64,000 nucleotides of DNA from Antedon mediterranea (Eukaryota > Animalia > Echinodermata). This document shows, piece by piece, positions 1 to 11,435 of this stretch. How positions within the stretch are numbered: position 1 is the stretch's first letter; every line of letters starts with the position of its first letter. Both the position numbers and the translations under genes were made by a program. The stretch covers positions 8,556,001-8,620,000 of the forward strand of contig NC_092672.1 in NCBI RefSeq assembly GCF_964355755.1, given 5' to 3'. The notes below the pieces were generated by a model. It worked only from the letters and a program-made list of their open reading frames with translations, was not told the origin of the DNA and did no database searches.

Positions 1-890
1 TTTCTTTATACAATTATCTATTAATACATTTTTTTTCAATAAATCCATCCAATTTAACATCTAATAGGCCTATGGGTTTGTCCTATTTTATTTTGGCTTT
101 GGGTTTATAAATATCTAGGCCCTATGATAAATTTGTATCTATGTTGTTTTTAATCTCTTTTAATCTTTTTTTTTTCATTAGATATTTACATAGTCTACTA
201 TTAGAGTTGCATTTGTTTTGATCAAACATATTCATTTAATAACGAACATTGCATGAATCATAAGTAAGTCACCTTATGATAAAAAGCATAAAATATTTAA
301 CGACTCGTGCATTATGTTACCAATCTTAGTACAAATATTGCACATTCCTTATGATTAGTTCATTATGAAAGACATTAATAAGATTGTTTTTATGATTACT
401 GTGTTGTTTAAATTTATACATTGAGAATTTAGCAATCCTAAATACAATTTTATTTATATTTATTATTTACAATTCAATTTTTGTGCATAAAATCCAAACG
501 AAACATGTTCAACTCTATATTTATCATTATATTTCGTCTCAGTTTATCCCATGGACAATTGATGATTTAAATTACCCAAAAAATTACCAATAAAAAAAAA
601 GAACAACATTATAAATACAAGCTTTCTGACAAAATAATACCGGTGATAACTGGTATAAAGCGAAATAAAGGAAACTCTAAACCAACAACGACAATGTTGA
701 AATAAAAGTATTGAACGATGAAGATGAGTAAATTCAAATTCAAATTAGTCCTCTTCTGGTCCCCATCATTCGACAAATGTTTTTCAAAAGAGTGAACGTT
801 TATATACAAATATCATATAGAAATGAGTGGCAATGTTATAAAAACAAATTTGTGTGAGTATTTACATTCCATTTGGTATTTTTTGTTTAG

Positions 891-3800
891 GTACAAAGTA
901 TTTCGCATCACCCCAAATAGCGACGATGACATGAAAGCGCTAAAGAAACTGAAATCTGTTGTTGAAGATAAGGTATAGTAAACAGTTTTATTTTGGTTAT
1001 CACCATCTTAAAGTGAAATCTTATTCCTGGTTTTACACCGTTTGCGTGTTGGAATACATTTATACATATTTTTTTTGTATAGATTAACATTGTCTTTTTT
1101 TAATCATCATACATTTTTACTTGCGTTTACATGCATACTTATTTTACTTATGAGAAGCGAAATATTTGTTTTATATTTTAACATAGGTAGATTTCTGGCG
1201 AGACATCAGAGCAGTAGGCTCACCTGTAGATATAATGGTATCTCCACAAATGGAAAAGCTTCTTGCAAACATTGCCAAAGAGTACAAATTGGATGTTGAT
1301 GTTGCGATTGAAGACATTCAACCTCTCTTCGACGACCAGATGAAACACAGCAGAGAGATGTCCGCCAAAGGGATCATTGGTGGTGGTAGCTTTGATTATA
1401 CTGAGTATCACACTCTAGACGAGGTAAATCCCGAAGATTCAGAGTATTAGAAGCCAACAAATTACTAATATGTTTCATTTTATGATAAAAAATGCTCGTA
1501 GAATGTCTTTTGAGTCTTTGGCAGTAAAATGCATTGTTTCCAATTCGAAGATTCTTAAATATTTTAACTGTAACGTTGTTGTTCCAATATTGGTCAGCAC
1601 TATCAATATTTCCAATAAGTTAACTAATTTAAATTTCTATATAATTCAAGGTGTTTCCTTGCTTGATTGGTTCTGGGGTTTTAAATTTTACAGATTATAG
1701 TATATGAATAAAATATCACAATATCTTATTATAAGTAATACTGTATTGTTATCGAATACATTAGATAAACACGTGGATTGAAGATATTGTATCAACGTAT
1801 CCAGCCCTTGTTAAAAAAGTACCAGTTGGAAGTTCGTATGAAGGACGTAATATTTACGCATTAAAGGTAAGCTAAAACATATCTTATTAAAAATGTATTC
1901 AATGACAACGTATACTCTATATACGTTTTGTTAATTCTCATTAAAGATAGAGTAGGGCCTACATGAACTAAAAAGACACGTGATAAATATCGAACCGGAG
2001 ATGATAATGCATCCTGCGCTTTGGAAGCATTTCGAAGCAGTTTTTGTGGTTTCAAAGAAAAGCCTTTAGTACACCATTGCGCAAAATTATTTTAAAATAG
2101 GGAGAGAAGGGTCTGGATACCATCTCCAGAAAATTGTTCCCGTTTTTGTCATCATTATTGTCATGTTTATAAGGAGATAACAACAACATTTTTCAATAAG
2201 CAGTGCTGAAAATATATTTCCCCCAACCATTAAAGGTTGACAACAAAATGTGTTGTTTATTTTTTCCATTTAGCTTGGTAGTTCAAAATTAGATAAACCA
2301 ATCGTATGGCTTGAGGGTGGTATCCATTCACGTGAATGGGTATCTCCAGCAACAATGATCTATATCACACATGAGGTAAGAATTAGTTTATAATCCAACT
2401 CTGTTTTCGCGTCAGCAGAAGAGAGCGATCACTATGGGCCTGCTTCTGCTGCAACTGCTCAAAATACGGTATAAAAATACGGTATTTTTATACCGTATTT
2501 TTTAGTACCCCGTACTTGTTTGCATAGCTATCCTATTGAAACGTGTGTAAAACAGCTGACAGCGACAGAAAATCAAAACACGATGTTGACCTCATGTCGC
2601 AGGTAAACAAAACAAGGTATTTTATCCACAAATACGGTATACAAAATACGGTTTACAAAATACGGTTGACAAAATACGGTTTTTTTAATGAGCGCCGTGT
2701 CCGCTGCCAAAAACCCGTATATATACGGTATTCAAAAAATACCGTATTAAATACGGTATTTATTTGGAAGCAGAAACAGGGCCTATATAATAGATTTGCA
2801 ATATTTATCTATTTAAAATAGATAAATACATCTAGTCATTTTCGTCCGTACTTTACGACAAAATTGTGTATACAATAATGTCATTTCCTCATCATCTTTA
2901 TGCTAGACTAACTAGGCCTATTTAATTTGTTTACGTTCAGCTTGTTTCAAAGTATGGCAAAGACACTGACATTACAACTTTGATGGATGGATTACACTTC
3001 TACATCATACCAGTTTTTAATGTTGATGGATACGAATACACTTGGACATCAGTAGGTCTATATTTATTACTTAGGCTTATACCGCAGTCAATAATACTGT
3101 AGGTTACATAAACATAGATATATTAACTTTATTCGTCAATTTTTTGAAAATTGTCTTCTTTGGCAAGATAGGATATGAAATACATTTAAAATACTTATAA
3201 AAAAGACATTACAAATATTGCAACAATTAAAATACCGAATTAAAAAGTTCTCTTAAATTGTGTTGCGTTTGGAACAAACGATAATGTAAAACGTGAATTG
3301 TTTGATTTACTAATTCTGCCATATTTACTAATTCTGCCATATTTGTTGCTAACAAATCCATTGTGTAATGAATGAAAGCGGTTTTCCATAGTTTCATTAC
3401 GGTAACTTTCTTTAGATTTTTGTTTCTCGTACACATCACTAACAGTATATCTCCTTAATTTTTAGTAGTAAACAATCACATTTTGTCAGTTTTCATCAAC
3501 TCTGAAATGTTTTTATTATTAAAGATCCTTACATATAATAGGCAAAGATACGGCGTATTTATAGTTAATCTAGAAACAATAAAGATGAGGAAATCTGTGA
3601 TCTATGAGTATGGGAAAAAGCTGGGCAGCCTCAACCCAGATTCGAACTAGGAACCTTCTACATGATATGCAGATGTCTTTTAACCACTAAAAAGATAATT
3701 AACACTAACATTAACTTTCAGGACCGCATGTGGCGCAAAACAAGATCTCCAAACAACCGATGCGTTGGTACTGATCCCAACCGCAACTGGGATTATCACT

Positions 3801-5214
3801 GGAGTGGTAAGTTATAAATTACGAGGGAAATTTGTATTTTTCTTACGAGTACTCATATATTTATTACATCTAAAAAATGGCACCTTCTTTTCGAATTGGT
3901 GGGAGTAAGGGGTCAGGACCCCGATGATACGCCTCTCTCCCTAACCCCCAGATAGGAGTGCCTTAACATCACCACCCAGATGAAAAAGCAACGAATACTA
4001 AGAATAATTTAATAAGTAATGACACGTAATAAGAAAACGTAATATAAATTTGGAGATTTTTGTGGTGTAAGTGAGAATTACAATGTTTTATATTCACATT
4101 TACACCCACAGAAAATGAAACAATACAGATTCAAATTCTGATTCAAATTTTCACAGATCCAGGAGCAAGTGCAAATCCATGTAGTGATCTATATTACGGT
4201 TCTAACGCATTTTCTGAGATCGAATTAAAGAGCGTCACCAATTACATGAACCCCTTGAAGGAGGACATCAGAGTCTTTATTGATTTTCACGCCTACTCTC
4301 AGATGTGGATGTCACCATGGTCGTACACGAAAGATCTACCAGATACTGAGGACTACAACGACCAGATCAATCTACAAGCTAAAGCCGTGGAAGCTCTGAC
4401 TGCAGTTTACGGTACCAAATACACGCAAGGAACGATTGCTAACACAATCTGTACGTAATCGTCCTAAAAGTTGGTTCCCATAGGACGCAAGGACATAAGA
4501 GCAACGCAATTGATTTTACCAATGAAATGCGATAGTTCGAATAATCAATCGCTTGTCATTGGTAAAATTGCTAATGTGCTTGCGTTACCCTACTGGGAAC
4601 TAGGCATTGTTGGGACGTAATACAAGGACGTAAACACAACACATGTAATTTTACCAATCACGGCGCGATAGATAATCCGTACTGTCGCTTGTCTATACTA
4701 ACTTTCGTTGTGCGTACGTTGTCCTTACGTTGCATCCAAATGGGAACCAAACCAGAAAAAAATCATTCAATTTATTCAATATAGGCCTACGGTATTCCGC
4801 GGCACAAAATAATGGATTTCCGGAAAAAAACAAGAACACATGCAATGAAGGTCAACATTAAAGAAAATTAAAGTTCAATAAAACTATTTCTAACATTTAA
4901 CCATCATTTACAACCGAACTGTTTTAATCTCCGTCAACAAAAAGTAAACTGTGGCAGAATAACTTATTGTTTGACTGATATGTCATTTGAAATTCATAAA
5001 TTACAAATAAATTGTCTTTATATTTTTTTCAGACGAAGCATCTGGGTCTAGCATCGACTGGGCTTACGGTACACTAGGCGTTAAATACTCATATGCCGTG
5101 GAGCTTCGTGATGAGGGAACATATGGCTTCACCCTACCCGCTAGGTTTATTGAACCAACAGCTATAGAAACGTTCGAAGCGGTAAAAGTGATTGCTAACA
5201 AAGTTAATTACTAA
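891..5214 (+). CDS. Zinc procarboxypeptidase, M14A family (carboxypeptidase A-like); 5'-partial, 8 exons visible
   Basis: Exons 891-972, 1187-1423, 1765-1866, 2274-2375, 2941-3051, 3722-3806, 4157-4450, 5033-5214 splice in frame on GT-AG. Propeptide: YKVFRITP...VDFWR...VDIMVSP. Catalytic motifs: GIHSREW (H69/E72), DRMWRKTR (R127), DPNRNW, DFHAYSQ (H196), [11 protein letters not shown] (Y248, I255), VELRD (E270). Stop TAA 5212-5214, AATAAA at 5240-5245. No signal-peptide exon found in 1-890. Confidence 0.95.
2436..2783. mobile_element. MITE, PIF/Harbinger-like
   Basis: Imperfect TIRs GGGCCTGCTTCTGCTGCAA / TTGGAAGCAGAAACAGGGCC, 3-bp TAT duplication on both sides, many internal AAATACGGT / ACCGTATTT repeats. 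Confidence 0.7.
3615..3692 (-). mobile_element. Degenerate tRNA-derived SINE head
   Basis: Minus strand reads ...GTGGTTAAAAGACATCTGCATATCATGTAGAAGGTTCCTAGTTCGAATCTGGG, with A-box-like and B-box (GTTCGAATC) motifs at tRNA spacing but no intact cloverleaf. Confidence 0.5.
4468..4750. mobile_element. Two adjacent copies of a palindromic MITE family (TTGGTTCCCA...TGGGAACCAA)
   Basis: Share GGACGCAA...CCAAT...GTTCGAATAATC...CTTGTCATTGG...TTGCGTT...TGGGAAC with copies at 11286-11410 and 11963-12094. Confidence 0.7.
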
Positions 5215-5634
5215 TCACGCCTGATTAAACTTACTCTTCAATAAAAACTCTCGATTATACTTCATTTTCTTGTTTGTATCCAACTCTGTTAAATGTCCGG
5301 CCTCTAGTAGAAGTACTATCTACTATATGGAGACCATAATAATATGAAACAATACTTTATTTTGTCGAATTTGACATGGTATTTGTGGGCCATTTAGGAT
5401 ACGCATCATACCTACAATTAAATTACATTATTATTTTTCTCTTGTTAAACTATAGACACTTCAAATAAAACTGAATTACAGATCATAAAACATGACTGTG
5501 TGTGTTTTAATGTTTACTCTCCATTTACATTCCTAAAGACATTTACAGAATTTTTCTTGAAAATGCCCTTAACCAGTTATTATAAAACAAACAGCAAAAG
5601 TAGAAAAATTTCGAATTTCACTCGAAGTATGATT

Positions 5635-8060
5635 TTATTTGAGTATTCTGTGATATATATAAGATGAATTTATGTTTCGTTTTTGCTTACATGGATTTTC
5701 GTGACAAAGGTAACGCCCACCAAATTCAAGAGCAGAGATTTGAAATGTCTGCTGATCAATAACATCTTGTTCGCTAAATTTTTGAAAAATTGATTTGCGT
5801 TTGTAGATTTTCAAAATTGTAGTAGCTTGATAACTTTCAACAAGAACTGGTTTGAACCCTTGCGCCGTCGGCCCTCTAAGACAGGTACCAAGAGTAGCTA
5901 CCGGGGCGGTAACATTGTACACAACACGATAATAAATCGAATTGATGGTAAACGATGCAATTCCTTTACAGCCATCGATCGAATTAGTAAGAAGCGAGTT
6001 GTCCACTCGGAGGTCTAGTTCAATGCTTTTGTTGTAGTTTCTATAACCAAATAAATGAGCAGGAATATCTACGTAACCAACAAACTGAATTACTCCGAAT
6101 GAACCAGAAACAGCAGCACCTGGTTTGACGGCCTGAGTCCAGACCCATGCGGGTGGGAAACCTTCACCCCAATTCTTCTCCTGATGCATAAACGCAGAAC
6201 CGTGGATTGTCTCACCACTTGATGTATTCGTCCACGTGTATTGACCGAACGTATACGGACTGTACACAAACCAATGCAGAGGCAGAAACGGTAGTTTACC
6301 AAGCCAGCCTTCAGGACCTGAAGTTAAAAATGAAAGACATACCTACGTGTGAAGAAAAAATGTATAAACTACAAATATTTATTATGTTTTGATAGTTCCT
6401 GTATAACTAATGATGATGAAACTGCGTACAGAAATGAGGTCACGCATGTTATTAAATGGTACTCTGACAATCATCTTATTTTAAATGCTAAGAAAACTAA
6501 AGAAATGATTTTTGACTTTTGGAGAAACAACAAAGATATAGAACAATTCATTGTTAACAATGAATGCGTATCTAGAACAACAGAGTACAAATACTTGGGT
6601 GTAACTATAGACGATCAATTTAGTTGGAACAAGCATACCCAAAGTGTCTATTCTAAAGCTAGTTAACGCCAATTTTTTCTTAGGAAGCTGAAGAAATTTA
6701 ATGTTTGACAAGATACGCTGTTCCTATTTTACCAAAGTGTAATCAAATCTGTTATGTTCTGTTGTATTGCCTGGTATTTAAAATTAACTAAGAAAAACAA
6801 ATATTTAAAATAACTAAAGCAGCATATAAAATAATTGGCGTAGAATTTGAAAGTATAGGTAATCTTTGTGATAAAACGGCTCTTAATAAATTAGAAGGGA
6901 TAATTAAAGATGTGACTCATCCACTAAATAGTATTGTAATTTTTAATATATCTGGTAAAATTCGGCAATGCAAAGTTAAATCCAACCGTTTTAGAGACTC
7001 TTATTTCCCATATGCTTGTCTATATAATGTACATTTTCAAGAGATAATTAGTTAAGGTGTTACGTTTTTATATATTGTGTTTTAAATTGTATTGTATCTC
7101 TGTTTGTAAGCTCAGGAAAATAAATTTCCACTAAGTAATATTATGTGACAATAAATTGAATCTTGAAATATAATTAATTAATTGTCATTTGTTGCTCGCT
7201 GTTTGAAAAATACGTCGCCTTGTAGCCTATCCCTGCTGTATTACTATTTAGAACAATCAATTTGGAACTGTTACGCCTCACATTCAGCTGCGATTATGTC
7301 GTATATGATGCCTATATAAATCAGTTATGCCATTGTCACTTTATTAGTCACAGTGGTTTGAATGCTGTTTTTTTTCACAAACAAGCTCCAATTATTTACA
7401 ATTTACAACAATTACATTTTTTCATTAGAAATTTTTGCGTTTATAATGCTACACATTGCTGTTTCTGTACGATCTTCTATCATCTATGCGATGGTAACAC
7501 AAAATGAGGTAAAAAGAAGTCAATGCTACACTACTTTTTATAAATGTACTGAAAACACTAACAAAAATATTTAAGAGATCTTTACCTGTGCCATCACTTT
7601 TCCAAAATGTCGGTTTTCCAAATTTCCCCTCAAGACGAATTTCTTCTATTGTAAAATCAAAATTCGTTTGATTTTCTGAAACATTGAAATACCCATTCTG
7701 TGTAGCTTTCCATATAAAGTTTGCTGGCGGTGGACTGTAAAACGCAGGGTTCCTATCGACCTCTTTCGTTCCATTCAACTTCACCGATATATCTTTCAAA
7801 TCGGGATATGCTTCCTTTGCCGAGATAGATCCAGTACAGTTGCTGCTTTTTAGAATTCCGAGATAGGTTAACGGATATTCTGTGTCTGTGTAGTTAAGTA
7901 CACGCCCGAAAAGAACGCCATAAGACTGCTGCATATGTTCATCAACAAGACGAGCGTACCAGCCTTCGACAAATGGACCTTCTTCTGGAAAAACATGCGG
8001 ATCATTTTGGTTTCCCTGAGCCAAGCACAGAATAACACTCACTATAACAATATACAACAT
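5635..8060 (-). CDS. Secreted tocopherol cyclase (VTE1)-like protein, about 385 aa, 2 exons
   Basis: Exon 1 8060-7586 (ATG; signal peptide MLYIVIVSVILCLAQG; PFVEGWYARLVD) joins through a phase-1 GT-AG intron to exon 2 6317-5635 (GPEGWLGKLPFLPLHWFVYS; HQEKNWGEGFPPAWVWTQA; SALEFGG). The FxEGWY and EKNWGxxFPxxWxWxQ motifs are hallmarks of the tocopherol cyclase family. Confidence 0.85.
6389..7168 (+). mobile_element. 5'-truncated decayed non-LTR retrotransposon (Rex1/Babar-like, CR1 group) in the intron of the cyclase-like gene
   Basis: RT C-terminal motifs WYSDNHLILNAKKTKEMIFDF and YKYLGVTIDDQFSW, then RQFFLRKLKKFNV with in-frame stops. 3' tail ends AATAAATTGAATCTTGAA. Confidence 0.88.
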
Positions 8061-8304
8061 GCTTACGGTCTTATTAATTTGCACTGTTTAACAGTAGAAT
8101 ATCAAGCTTATATTTAAACGTGGCATCAGCTGATATATAGTTTAAATGTTATCAGTAAAAAGTTCAAGGTTTAATACAATTGCAAATGACAAGACAAAAC
8201 GTGGTAATTTAAAGTGATACGTCATTTATGCGGAGAGTACATTATGTAACGATGTAGGCCTATGGAAAATGTAGGCCTACAACGCGCGCTTCCAAACCGA
8301 AAAA

Positions 8305-8948
8305 AAGAAAGCCACTCAGAGAGTGCATACCTCCACCTACTGTAAACTTCTCCTACATAAGATTTCTCCGGGAAAAAAAAATTATATATATTTGTGTGTG
8401 TCTTAATGCTGTGTGCGATTTAGGCTAATTTCACTACAAGCATGTGTATGCGAATTTGGTGTAATGGTTATGTAACCAGGTTATGTAACAAGCCTTTCAA
8501 CTAACAATAGATTCTGTTGACTAACAGCAGAACAGCAACGCCAAAAACATACGGGTGAATTTGAAAAGAAATAGGTTTTTTAAAACTACTCGTATCAAAA
8601 AACCTGTAAATTAAATCAATTTATGTTTTAAAATTACAAATCATAATAACTCTTGCCTCTTGGACAAGTAGTTTTCGGGAAACGCAATTTCAGTTTACTT
8701 GTTATTTTAAGACTGCTCGCCGGGCTTTTGAAAATTCTGTCCTATCTTTTAACACTAGGAGGTCTGAAAATTATACTAAAAAGTGATCCAGAATTGGGAG
8801 CGTGGTCCGGATTGCCTTGACCACATATCTATTTGTATTTGTAATATCATTTTGGAAAAGATCTTGTAATTACTTTTTAAGTAATCCTGCTAACAAACAA
8901 ACACAAGACAAGCGCGATCGACTACATATACCTCCTTGGCGGAGGAAA
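8305..8948. mobile_element. Non-autonomous Helitron/Helentron-like (HINE-type) element
   Basis: Starts AAAGCCACTCAGAGAGTGCATACCTCCACC and ends AACAAACAAACAC...ATACCTCCTTGGCGGAGG, a subterminal inverted-repeat/hairpin layout typical of HINEs. Confidence 0.5.
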
Positions 8949-10504
8949 ACTATAGGATGGCCATTCATGCTGCCTTGATAAAAAATAACGTCACGATTTG
9001 TAAGAGCATGATGTCGATGTTATTGATCATGACGTCATTTGATTGGATTTAGAAACAAACTGTATCATGTTTATCAAAGACGCATACGTTATCCTATTGT
9101 AGTCCAAACATTTCTCATTTATTTTGTTTTATGTAAGAAAAATCTATTTTTCGCCGTTCGTATAAATAGCTAAATTCATAAATAAATTAATTAGGCCTAT
9201 AAATAATTGAACGGTTCACGGACGTGTGAACGGTACCTTAATGACAATAACCATCTCTCAATTGCCGCCTTCAACGAGTTGAAGATTTTGCAACTTATAT
9301 GCCTACTAGAAATAGTGTGAAAGTGGCTGTATGTGTGAACTAGTAAACCGAGGTAACTCATAATCGTCTCAAAAGATGTAGGCCTACTAGGTGCACACGA
9401 GCATTTTGTGTTATTACTGGACCAGTGGATAGTCCTACCAACAGAACGAGGTGGCTCTAACTCTTGCCGATATTAATTATGGCTACAGTTACGGTTTCAC
9501 TGTCTTAAACAGTCTTTTGAATGTATATTGTTTCCTTACCATGCAAATTCAGCAGATTTGCTGCCAATTGGTTTTTTTTTAATAAAGAAATAAAGAAATA
9601 AAGAAATAAAGAAAACGCTCGGAACTTACTCATTAATATTAATAATAATAATATACAGATTTCTAGAGCGCACTTCGCCGCCAAAGGTGTGCTCAAGGTT
9701 CACACTATTTAGTCTTCATACAGTAGCACTTTGAAAAAGGCGCGATTCTAACTCGAACCCTTCTGCTTGATATGCAGATTTAACAATGGGGCCTTCCCGT
9801 TTATAACACCCTTATTCTCGCAGATTTTCTCATCTTCCTTGTTTATTTATATCACCGGGTGGTTTGAATTTCTTCTAATTTCTGTAAAATTTAAGATAAT
9901 TATTGATATAAAAAAACAATCTTCATCCAAACTGAAGTTTATATCATGCAGTAGTTATTTTATATGGTTATTTATTTAGGGCCAGGTAATAATACTGCTC
10001 CTCAATATCTAATATCTATAGAAAACTACACGGTTTTTTCTTCATTTTGTTATTAATCATTTTCACTATTAATCAATTAACAAAAAACAGGTTAAACATA
10101 AACAGCAGATTAACACAAAAGAAAACCCATTCCAATTTTTTTCTCGTTTGATCAATTCACCTGTACTGTTCAAATTTACAACTTAAAACCATAAGCCTAG
10201 TTAATAATATATATAACATAAGGCACATTAACAATACACCGTAAATTCCTCATAACCATCCAAAAATGTGAATGTAATAATAGAGTTTAAATCATATAGG
10301 TGCAAAATATTCTTAACCGTTGAAAAATATGAATATAATGGGAAATTCTTCGGTAAAACTATCGGATCACAACACTTTGTTTATTTTAGACCAATGATGT
10401 TATAGAAAGCTACATCATGATCTGAACAGTAATGTAATGTACTCTGGTTAATTCTTTGGTATATGATGGTACCGTGTTCTCGCCTGACGCACAAACATGT
10501 GAAA

Positions 10505-10985
10505 CAAAGAAAAGAGAGAAGAGATTTTTATCTAGCTAGTCTAATGTATAAATGTATCCACGGCCTTGCGCCAACCAGATTGACAAATGAAATTGAACTA
10601 ACTGGGAATGTACACGCCCATTCAACGCGTGGAGTAGACAACTTAAATGTTGTTATACCACATTATACCCGCAGCAAAATGGATTCGTCTTTTAAAGTTG
10701 CAGGCGGAAAAATATGGAATGACTTGCAAGCTGATATAAAACATTCACCCACGATTATGTCCTTTAAAGCTAGATACAGATCTCATTTCTTTTCATAACA
10801 TCTAACTTCCAGTTTATAATTTTTGTTGCTTTTATTATTAATTGTAATTGTATTAGATTTAAATTTGTATCCGTTTTTGTCGACAGGACCACAATGCAAA
10901 ACAAGTTTATTTCTACTTGATTGTGTTTTATCCTGTATAAATATGTTGTTAAATAAAAATAAATAAATGAATAAATAAAAAATAA
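10505..10985 (+). mobile_element. 3' fragment of an L2/CR1-group LINE
   Basis: ERRDFYLASLMYKCIHGLAP...HSTR...SFKVAGGKIWNDLQADIKHSPTIMSFKARYRSHFF* is a typical CR1/L2 ORF2 C-terminus, followed by a 3' UTR and an (AATA)n tail. Confidence 0.88.
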
Positions 10986-11435
10986 CAATAGATGTTGTCC
11001 TCGCGAAATGCACGAGTGTTACACGCGATGTAATATAATTGTCATTGAACATGCAGTCTGTGCTTTATATCAGTCGTCATTATGCTTTTTGCTTGCAATC
11101 ATATTACTGTACTTTTGTACTGTACTTATTTGATGACATCACTGAATATATTGAACTTATAATAATTAGAAAAAGGTTTGTCTACATGAAAACACAAAAT
11201 ACACAATATTGATTTTGCTTAATATTATTTATTGATTGAAGGTAACATTTCACAGAAGTAAATGATCTCATGTGTGTAATCTTAATTCCCATTAAAGACG
11301 ATGCGCAAGGACGTAGCGTACGTAACACAAGGACATATAGACGCAACGCAAACGCGTGTTGATCAATTACAAGCGACAGTTCAAATAATCCATTGCTTGT
11401 GATTGTTCAATCACTTACGTCTCTGGAAAGTATCA

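Noticed and set aside
366-570. ATG-initiated hydrophobic stretches as exon 1 of the first carboxypeptidase
   Set aside because: They hit stop codons before any phase-2 donor, so the real exon 1 is probably upstream of the window.
2543-2821. 92-aa ORF
   Set aside because: It lies within a repetitive MITE in a carboxypeptidase intron.
8061-8084. GTG start at 8084 given by the ORF track for the cyclase-like gene
   Set aside because: This is a eukaryotic gene; the ATG at 8060 directly precedes the signal peptide. The track's C-terminal part (7449-7585) is intron read-through.
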